Source: Rhizodiscina lignyota
Taxonomy: Eukaryota
Reading direction: 5' to 3'
NCBI GenBank assembly: GCA_010015805.1
Contig: ML978122.1
Span: forward strand, 1,956,453 to 2,020,452
DNA length: 64,000 nucleotides
This document shows positions 50,307-60,008 of the stretch, piece by piece. Positions within the stretch are counted from its first letter, which is position 1; every line of letters starts with the position of its first letter. The notes below the pieces were generated by a model. The model was not told the origin of the DNA, ran no database searches, and worked only from the letters and a program-made list of their open reading frames with translations. Made by a program: the position numbers and the translations under genes.

Positions 50307-51522
50307 ATGAGCTCAGAAGCACCGAAAACTGAACCGGGGGTTGAGGAGGCGAAGTCCACCTCGAGACCACGAATTGGAGGCCTTCTCAAGCGTGTAAAGT
50401 CCGTACTGAGAAGAGGAGGTTCTAGCAAAGAGGCAGCGACCGAATCGTCACCAATCCAGGCCGAGGAGGTGAAGAAGGACGAGCAAACGCCAGTTGTTTC
50501 AGTGGCGAAAACAACTCAACCCGTGTCTCCAACGTATGTCTCATCAGCTCCAATTTAACATACAGAGCTAATTAATATCCCTTAGTTCCCCAGTGGAGTT
50601 ATCCGCAGAGAAAGAGGTCACCGACGAAAAACAACAATTCAGAACGAGCAGACAGGCAGTCTTCGAGGAACGCGCCCGTGCCATCTTCGCAAAGTACGAC
50701 CTCAAGCTGGAGCCCGAGTGGATGCCCGTCCCAGTCGCTGGTGTCAGCCCAGCATCCACCGTAGAACGCGTCCATAAGCCCATCCGCATACGCGTGCATC
50801 GCTACTGCCATCGCTGCGAAACGGTATTTGGGCCGGACCGCGTGTGCACGAAGTGCGATCACAAGAGATGCAAGAAGTGCCCTCGGTATCCCACTGAGAA
50901 GAAGGGCGACGAGCGTACGGGCATGAGGAGAGACAGGTCAGCACAGGGGAAGGGGAAGGATAGGGCAAGATCGGAGACCAGGGAGCCGCTGCTCGTAATC
51001 CAGAGTCGGGGCACGGGACAGATTCTGGTACACCAACCCATCATGCAGAGAATCCGGAGAACGTGCCATAAATGTGAGACGCAATTCCTCCCCTCATCGG
51101 CCCAGGTGTGTACAAATTGCGGGCATCTCAGATGTACCAAGTGTCCCAGAAGTCCGGCGAAGTTGAACAAGTGGGAGTCTGGTTATCCAGGAGACGCACC
51201 GCCGAGCAGTGAAGAGGAAGAGCTAGATATGCCAAGGAAGCAAGAAAGGGTATTCCGTAAGCCAAGGCAGAGGGTCAGGTGGAATTGCGAAAATTGTTCC
51301 ACCTTGTTCCTTGAGGGCACAAAGATTTGCAGAGGCTGTGGACACCAGAAGTGCGAGAATTGCAGGAGGCAGCCGTACGTCTTTCCCTGATGCCACACAT
51401 TACATTCATACTGATTTGCGTCCAGACCAAAGAAAATCAAAGACAACTTTGATCCTGCTGTCGTCGATGCTTTACACGAGAAGCTCTCTGCACTAGTCGT
51501 CACGACCTCTGCCAGAGGGTGA
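50307..51522 (+). CDS. Hypothetical protein with three Cys/His-rich putative zinc-binding repeats
   Basis: Introns at 50534-50585 and 51375-51425. Three copies of CxxC-x9/10-CxxCxHxxCxxCxR. Confidence 0.8.
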
Positions 51523-52780
51523 CAGTAGCTATGCCATAGCTGCGACACATCGTCCTCCCGGGATGCAATGTCTTTGCTATGATGACCATTAATTAATCTC
51601 ATTAAAAGGTTAGTGTTCCTATATGTCTGAAGTATATCAGGATTAAAGATGTAGTCTTGCTGATTTTGAAGCAGAACTCAGTTACACTGCACTCTTTTGG
51701 GTTTCATCAAGGGTGGCTATTTTTTACCCTCGAGTAGTTCCGCTTCTACTGCTCCACGAGGCCCTCATGATCCACACGACTGTGCCAATCCCTCTTAGGC
51801 GCCATTTTATTCGGGCTTCGAATCGTTTTGTCGTTCACGAGATACCTCTTCGCATGTCATTCTCACTTTGCAAAAAATGGGTGGAGTAATTGTAGTATGA
51901 AGCATTGCAGGCGTATTTGGTTCGAAACCCTGGAAGGGATTCGAACAGGAACTTTACAGCTGGAACTTCTCTTTGGGACTGCACTTCACATCTCATGCCA
52001 TATACCCGCTATCCAGCGGTAGCTTCATGAATTGACAACTTTTTTCTTCTGACGACGTTCCATTACGCTCCTTCCTGAGGCTTTCTTGTTTCACCAGCCA
52101 CCCTCACCGCCTATCACAGCCACTCAGCATCTCTGTTGCCAAATTCAGCCAACCATTTTCATCACATGGCTCATCCATGCGCAATCACGTCTCCAACCAG
52201 ATGGCTGGGACGCTTTGCAATCCTGCCTCGGTGCTCTAACCCCGTCCTATTGTACCTCCAGTGGACAGTTCTGACGAAAGATTCACGACTCGCGTTTACC
52301 CTGTGGTTAAATGACTCGCTACATTGAACTGAGCTCTCCGTATGTATCCGTAGGGCTGTGCAATCGGCGTGTAGGCGCGCCTTTACCTACCTATTCTGTT
52401 GTATATGTTGCTTTACTAATCCAGCAGTAGCGACTGCCTGAGGCTGGAACTTGCAAGAGCCGCGACCCGTGACGGAATTCTCCGCATCTCCTATATGATT
52501 CCAATCATTCCATTGTCCATGGAGAAGGCTTGTTGGAACGCGGAATGGTAAGATTAATTGGCATTTTGTATTTGTGAGCATGACTGTCTCTCCAGGCTGG
52601 CTGCAACTCGACTATTGGGATCATCTGTGACACTGAGTAGTACAGGATTTCTCGCGAGACGCGCGGACGGTGAGCAAACAGGTCCATGTGCTACACCTCC
52701 CTACTCCATATTGCCATCTTTGGGGCGTGTTAGAGTTGCCAATCTCTCCAGAGCCCTATCAGATCCGCGCTCCTTATTCC

Positions 52781-54233
52781 CCGTCATCGTTCGAGAACTC
52801 GCTGCTTATTGTTTGGCACTTACTTCCCCGGCGCAAAGACCGCGCAACTGTCCCCCCGTGAGTGGTGAGCACTGCGGCAGGGCTGAAGCGTACGCTTTCG
52901 CTATCGCAACTCGCATCACAGCGAAGATCCCTGCGGCCACGGTCTTTTCCCTCGTGGGGACCGACGAGCGGCTGTTTGCATGAGCGCCGCCCATCGCTCG
53001 GGAGGCCTACCGGCCAGGCCCGCCGTCCCCGAAGCCTGGCTCCTGGCCGTGAAAAATGCTTCCGAGAGGCTTGAACGACGTGGCGGCACCCTGTGGGCTG
53101 AGGCTCTGCGGACGCTTGCTTCACGGTGGCGTGGGCTTGCGGGTTTTCTGGAATTTTCATTCTTGATGTGCAGCGCGGGAGAAGGGCAGGATTCAGGGAG
53201 TCCAAGGGGAGCGACGGCTTCTGCTCCTATTCTGATCGCCGTCAGCGGGCGCCATGTCAATTCCCATCAGCCCTGCGATTCATGAAGTTCCTCAGATCAC
53301 GCGAGCGTCATCGCACACGACGTCGAAGGCACGAAGAACTCGGTACTCTGTTGCCGTTTATACGACTCGTTCGGCCAACTTACTCCGTTCTTCACCACGC
53401 GGCCGCCACCTGCGGCTCGTAAGGCAAGACACGGAATCGTGGTTCGATGCATACAAGTCTCCGGCAATTCCAGCGCTTCGTCCTCACAAATCTCTACGGA
53501 TCCTGGGCCTACAAGATCAGATCCCGATTCCCCGTAACGCCTGGCTGCCTCAAACAGTCCCGAGTCTCTGGAGTGCGGCGCTTCGGCTCGCTGACTGGCT
53601 TGCGACGCAATAAAAGCCGGAAGGTTGATGCCTTCAGTCGCACGACGTCGTCGAAGAACCAAGGCCATAGAAGCCTTCGAGAAGCAACGGGAGACGGCCC
53701 GGCTGTCTCAAACGAGGACCCATTCAGGGCACGTCATCATTATTCCCGGAGCTTGGATATTCGTACCCGTGAAAATGGATACCTAATGTGGAACAACCCA
53801 CTCCTCGGGGGTCGGCCCGTTGCGTTGAAGCCCAACTTTGGGGCAGTTGGGCTCCGTTGACGCTGGACTGGAACTGCCAGCTTGTTCGGGACAATCCTCG
53901 AACGGATGGTTCCGAGGAGAGCGAACGTCGGGAATTGGGCGAAGCCATGTGGAGTTTTTGATATGCAACTCAGACGCCCTCACTTCCTCCCTGCAGACGT
54001 TCGTTACGACTCGCCTTCAAGGGATGTATGCATGCGGTCATGTTGGATTCCAGATGTCCTCCCACTTCCCCTGCATTCGGTGCAGAGCTCCCGCTGCAGC
54101 CCACTACATGCGTGGGATGGTGGAAGGCGACTCAGGAGATGAGAGAGGTAGAGGATGAGCTGTGCCAGTCCTTGAGCAATTCTCGAACGGAGCAGAATCT
54201 TTCATCAATGATGTCTCGGTTCAAGTTTGACGG
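52781..54233 (+). ncRNA. Candidate long structured non-coding RNA (about 1.5 kb)
   Basis: Many nested inverted repeats inside a long-range closing helix (52788-52797 with 54180-54189). G-U wobbles favour the + strand. No credible ORF. Confidence 0.55.
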
Positions 54234-55226
54234 AAGCAGATCAAACCATCAACCATTCAATTCTTGCGAACACGGTTTCTAAGCGGACACTTCGGTTTAG
54301 GATGGCTGGTCAAGCAATATGCACCCTGTATTCTGTTCTGCTTCTCGTTCCCCCGTTGCACAACTCCTGATACTATGCATTGAGCTTTTCTCTCAACTTT
54401 CGATCGTATCTCATTCTTATTCTGGTTCCGATTCAACTGAATCTATGGTTCACACTTGGTCTGTGAAAGTGTTAAGTTTCCTCAAGATCTATTTGTTGTT
54501 CTGCTACCAGTAGACCAGTTCTGAGTTTATGCTTACCCACGCTCGTCCTCGAATGACGAGATGGAATTTGGTTTCAATATCTTCACCGACATTATGACAT
54601 CTCGCTGTTCTTCTTACTTTATTTGGTTTAGAAGAATTGCAATGCAAAATTGCATAAGGCGTTAACCATAGCTTCGCCGATATGCTAAAGTGTAAGTTGA
54701 AGACTGAACGCTGCATACATCAGTAAAACCTGATGTCCTACAACAAACATTCAGGAACGAAGAGCCTCTCGTGCCTCCGGTTCTCCGATTACCCATCAGT
54801 ATCCCCGACCGGTTCGCTTTGGCTGCTTTTCTGTCTTTCTCTTAATTCTTTCTAGAGTGGTGCTTGAACGACTGGCAGCTCCTCAGGGTTTAAGATAGGC
54901 CAAGTATCTTGAACAAGTTTGAATTAAGTTGACTGAAGTCAAACTATACGCACGGGTGACGGACTTAAGGAGGGGTTATAGTATTGATCACCTGATTGCT
55001 AAGTGGTCAGTTCAGGTTCTATATCACATTCACACGCTAACAATTACCCTATTCCCTTTCTCCCCAAAGTAGTTTAATCGCATGTCAAATAAACAAAATT
55101 TACACATGCCTCCAAGGTTTGATATGCAAAAGACCAGTCGACCTCCCCTTTAACGTACCTTAATAATCATCAATGGAGCGGAATCATCGAAGGGGGTTAA
55201 TTGTTCAATTCAAACTACAATAAACC

Positions 55227-57687
55227 TTACTCATAACCTGCACCCCGCGCCCAGGGACTCTCAGGGTTATGCTGGTATTGTGCTAGTATGGAGATTTTAT
55301 ACGTTATCGTTGCGTAAGGACTCATATTTGACATCACACCCTCCTTCTTCAGTGCCTTCACTATCTTCGTCTCTTTAAGGTTCTCAGCACTGGTTTCAAC
55401 AGCTCTGGAGCAAACTGAATAACGAACCTTTTTGATGGGTAGACTGGCCTGTTTCTAATTTGAAGACGTCCCCGATCCTGGTCTCGTGAACGGCAATGGA
55501 GCTTCTCATCCAGGACAGCTTGTCATTGTAGAGCTGTATTCTGAGGATGCTATTCTCAGCTACCCACCTATTCGCTCAAAACGCAAATCAGTACCTATTC
55601 GTATTAGTCTTCATCGGCCTCCTACGTACATGCTAAACCTTTCACCCCAGAAAGGACTATGTGGCTGTTGTATGGTCATTGTCCGCCGAAACTGCTCGCC
55701 ATCGATCGTAGCGACTGCGTAAGTGCTGTGAGTGGATCCCCATGCTGTATAAGCGTAAGTGTTCAAGTATTCCTTCTCATAAATGTAAGGCATGGAAGAT
55801 TTTACAGAGTAGCCTGTCCCTTAAATTCCTTCTCATATACAGCGCATCCGCAGCAATGACTGTGCACTGATTAGCCGATCTGCCTCGCAGCACGATCTAT
55901 ACTTCCTAGACTTACTCTGAAGCAAAATTGTGTATTTCTTTCGTGGGGCTGCTTCTTGGGGACGTAGATCCACGGGTTGCGGCGTCCCAGCAATGGACAT
56001 ATCATCAAAGGGCTCAAATGCAGACAAGTTAGTTAAATTAAATTTTGCGTCCCTTGGAGCAACATCTTGATATAATTGCCGAAGGTCAGGCTGGTCAGGT
56101 GAATCTGCTCTCTGCTCTGAGCCATTCGCTGAAGTGGGCCCTCCGTCGCTTGGAGCACGAGATTGATCCAACTGTCCCGGTTTGGGTGGGCCTACTTCTT
56201 GCTCTGGCTTATCAATCGCAATATTAGGGGCCTTGGACTTGGATCGAATAGTGCGCTCCGTATCAGACAGAGAGACGAGGTGAGATGTATCCTCAACCTC
56301 AGGCAGCATTAATTCTTCGATTGCTGACCCGTTAGAATATTCTCTCCATATATTCGATGCCTGTGGCTTACGCGTTATCTGAGACCCATGTCGTCTCTCC
56401 GTATGCTCTCGTGGAATGACTTGAGGCGGGGAGGCGAGGCGAGATGAATCATCGCCTTTCGGCTGCGTTGCTTCTTCGATTGCCGAGCGATTAGAGACAA
56501 TACTCCATATTCCTGAAGCTTCTGGCATTTGCCCTGTGCGAGGCGCGTCCCGTCTTTCCGTATGTTCCTGTAGAATGACTGGAGCGCCGAGCGGTGAATG
56601 AGTTGAGCAGTGTTCTCTGAGCTTAGTGCTAGCCTGTTTCAGCCACGGATGTTGAAGAGCCTCACTTGCTTTCATCCGACGGTTAGCATCTACTGCCATG
56701 AGATTCATGGCGAATTGAACTCCATCGGGTCCAGCAGAGGGAACAAGGCGTCCTGAAGGATATTGATCTACTCCTCGACAGTAATCCCCTAGGGCACGGA
56801 GATTCTTAAAGGTACGCTCACCAGTGAGCATTCGAAAGCCAATCTCTCCCAGAGCCCACATATCAGCCGGCTGATAGTCGTAGGGTTGCGAATCATTAGC
56901 GGGCTGGCCGAAGCCGAGGAGTTCGGGTGCCATAAACTCCAGCGTGCCTTTTACAGTTGATGGTCCACCTCTGTCTGCAGCGCGGTTACTGATGCCAAAG
57001 TCGCCAAGTTTTACCCACCATTCCGCTGGTGGATGTGATCTGATAAGTATATTCTAACCAAATATGGCTGTTAGTCGCTGTGACACGAATATATGGCGTA
57101 AACCTCCTTACTGCAGGCTTCAAATCTCTGTGTGCGAATCCATTCAAATGCATCTCGCGAAGGCCCTCTAGGATTTGACTGGTCAACTCTCGAGCTTCTG
57201 CAGGCGGCAATCTAACGTTGAAGAGGTAGTCATGAAGATCGCCAAAAGGACAGTATTCCATGGCAATATAGATTGCCTCCGCATCGTCATACCAGCCAAA
57301 TGATTTCACGAAGTAGACGTTGTACTAGAATCTGTCAGGTCTCGCAAAAATTGTTGAATCGACACGATGTTGACTCACTTTTGGATGAGCAAACTTTGCG
57401 ACCGCTTCCAACTCTCTGTAAAAATCAATAGCCTTCGGCGAGGTTTGCCGCTTATGGACCATCTTCACTGCGCGCACATGTCCAGTGCTGTTGCCTTCTA
57501 CGCATTTTTCCAGCCAAACACGTCCGTATGATCCTTGTCCAAGATCCTTTTCTCGTTTCCACCGCTCTTCTCGAGATATGCGTCGGCGATTGGTACCCGC
57601 CTCGGTATAGCTGTGGACAGTGTGGTGATCGTTGAAATGTGTGTCGAGTTTCGAATCACGTACAAGATCGGGTATCGGAGGCATCAT
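55227..57687 (-). CDS. Ser/Thr protein kinase with a C-terminal Rsp5-like C2 domain
   Basis: GQGSYG, AVK, HRDLKPANIL, DFG and APE. Introns at 57378-57325, 57111-57054, 55915-55860, 55805-55745, 55629-55568 and 55427-55373 keep the frame to the TAA at 55227. Confidence 0.82.
56265..56582 (-). repeat. Diverged 159-bp tandem duplication in the kinase linker
   Basis: VILQEHTERR...ASGIW...SAIEE versus VIPREHTERR...ASNIW...SAIEE; AATGACT anchors at 56574 and 56415. Confidence 0.85.
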
Positions 57688-58145
57688 GCCTACAATTCTT
57701 GTTAGGTTTTGCTCAATATTAATTTAAGATTGGGAAACCTTACCCAGAATGTTAGATTCCCATGTCCTTCGTGGAAAGGTGACCGTAAGGTCCTTCCGTC
57801 AGGGTGAGCCGGCTGTCGAGTTACTCTAATTACCGCGCTGTCGAGTCGCGTGGGTTTCTCTCAAAAGCATGGGAAAGCCTCCAAATTAGTGAAATGGCGA
57901 AGATAGCAAAAAGGTTACGAGAGGGCTAATTGATGAGAAATTTGAGTAGGAATCGGTCTCCGTCGGGGTTGGCCTTTCATGGCAAGGCTGAGGCTGTGAG
58001 GGAGGCAGTTCCGAGGCGCTGTTAGACACCTGCATACTGCAGGCAAACCTGGATCAACGTCTTTAAAATCCTAGCCTTCTGCAGAAGAAAGTATTGACGC
58101 CTACTTTTCTCCTCGTTATGTGCTCCTCAGCTTGAAATTGCCACT

Positions 58146-59808
58146 ATGGCCGGTGTGGATATCGCTCTTGCTCTCCCCGGTGTGGTGGACTTAGCAATAA
58201 AGTAAGTCGGCTTCACTTGCTTCGCCCGTATCGTGTGTCAAACGAAGAGTCACCATCTAATCCCAAACAAATATGGCAAAATCTTGATCCAGACTTGCTC
58301 CGCCTTCAAAAATGCAGACCAGGAGATCTTTGAGCGCGCCATTCGTATCGAAAGCTGCTGGAAGCGAACAAGTGTGCAGTTGGATTCCTTAAGTCGGGTT
58401 TCGAGTGATCTAGATGAAGAACATGAAGCACTACAGAATCAGATTTTAGTTATCCTCAGCTCAAAGCTTAAGGCTGCCGATCTCAAGTTAAATAGTTATC
58501 TCGAGGAAGGACCTTGCCCGAGCCCCGAGAACTCTGCCACATCATCCAAAATGGTGAAGATCAAGAGATTCAAATACGCATTGCTAAAAGAATCCCTGGA
58601 CAAGACCATCTTGGACTTGGAGTCGTGGCAGAAAGAGCTTTTCGATCCATCATGGTTTCTGATCGCGAGAGTTGCAGGACAACTTGTCGATAAAGAGCTG
58701 TCCGGCACGAGCCAAAAGAGTAACGTCATCACAACCGCTTCGGGTGTGCGTGACTCGTTGAGTAAAAGTCCAAGGCAAAACGTCTCTGTATTTTTACCAG
58801 AAGACGGATTAGAGTCGGCCAAAATTGCTCATATACCTTTGAGCTCTGCAAAGTCGGTGCAAAGAGCAGGCTCTACCAAATGGCTCATCCAGGACTCGAT
58901 ATCATGCGAGTCATCCGCAGATTTCTCCCAGCGAAGGAAAGCGATTCGGGATCTGGGAAGAAAATTAAAGGCTGCCGATCCTTCAACTTTTGCACTACTG
59001 AACTTAGTCGGCGTTGTCGCGGAAATTGCGTCGAACGAGTTTAGACTAATTTTCAGAACACCGGATAAGATGGACGACCCGCAATCTCTACGGACTGCTC
59101 TCATATACAAAGACTCGAACCATTCTCTCTCAGATCGATTTCGAATAGCCACGCAGTTAGCAAGAGCAATATGTTCTTTCCATACGTTTGGATTTGTGCA
59201 CAAGAGTATCCGACCGGAGAATATTCTCCTGTTCCAAGACGAAGATTCAATCCTCGGATCCGCATTCCTTCTTGGCTTTGAAAAAATACGTCTAGAGGCA
59301 GGTCAGACGCGACTGACTGGCGATGACGCTTGGGAGAAGAACCTCTATAGACATCCTCAACGACAGGGTGTGAAACTCCAAGAACCCTACGTCATGCAAC
59401 ACGACATTTACAGCCTTGGAGTCTGTCTGCTCGAAATCGGCCTTTGGCAGTCTTTCGTACTGTATGACGATGCATCTTCGAGCCCCAGTGAGGCAGTGGC
59501 TTACAGGTTCGGTGCAAAAGCTACAGACAGAGCAAGCTATGCAGAGTCTGTTAAGGGCAACTTGCTCGGTTTAGCTAGAGAGTCGCTTCCAAGTCGTATG
59601 GGATGCAAGTACGCAAAGATCGTTGAGACCTGTCTGACCTGTTTAGATGAGGGGAGCGATGATTTCGGGGATGAATCGGAATTTCAGGATGAAGACGGCG
59701 TTTTAGTTGCTGTGCGATATATCGAAAAGGTAGGCCACCTTGTGCGTCTCGCGGACAAACAGCTCACGTCTCAAGGTCCTTCTACAGCTTGGCAACATTT
59801 CAGTATGA
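58146..59808 (+). CDS. HeLo-like N-terminal domain plus pseudokinase (MLKL-like architecture); intron 1 acceptor looks defective
   Basis: MAGVDIALALPGVVDLAIK|YGKIL..., HKSIRPENIL, LLGFE, NLYRHPQRQG and HDIYSLGVCLLEIGLW; last intron at 59730-59775. Confidence 0.75.
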
Positions 59809-60008
59809 GAAGACCGAATGCGGAAACCACCAAACTGTCTTGGATGATCAGAGTCTAGTATGTGCGGTTGAGTGTAAGCCATGATCCTTATCGTATTTAA
59901 TTGAGTTCTCAGGAAACGAGCGATAAATGTCCGAATTGGAAGCAACATTGCAATAGATACGAAGGAGGGCTTCTTCCATACTGCTCAGACTGCCGTAAGT
60001 CATCCATT

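Noticed and set aside
52781..54233. RNase P/MRP, SRP, group I/II intron or hammerhead identity for the large structured region
   Set aside because: I could not find their conserved core motifs by eye.
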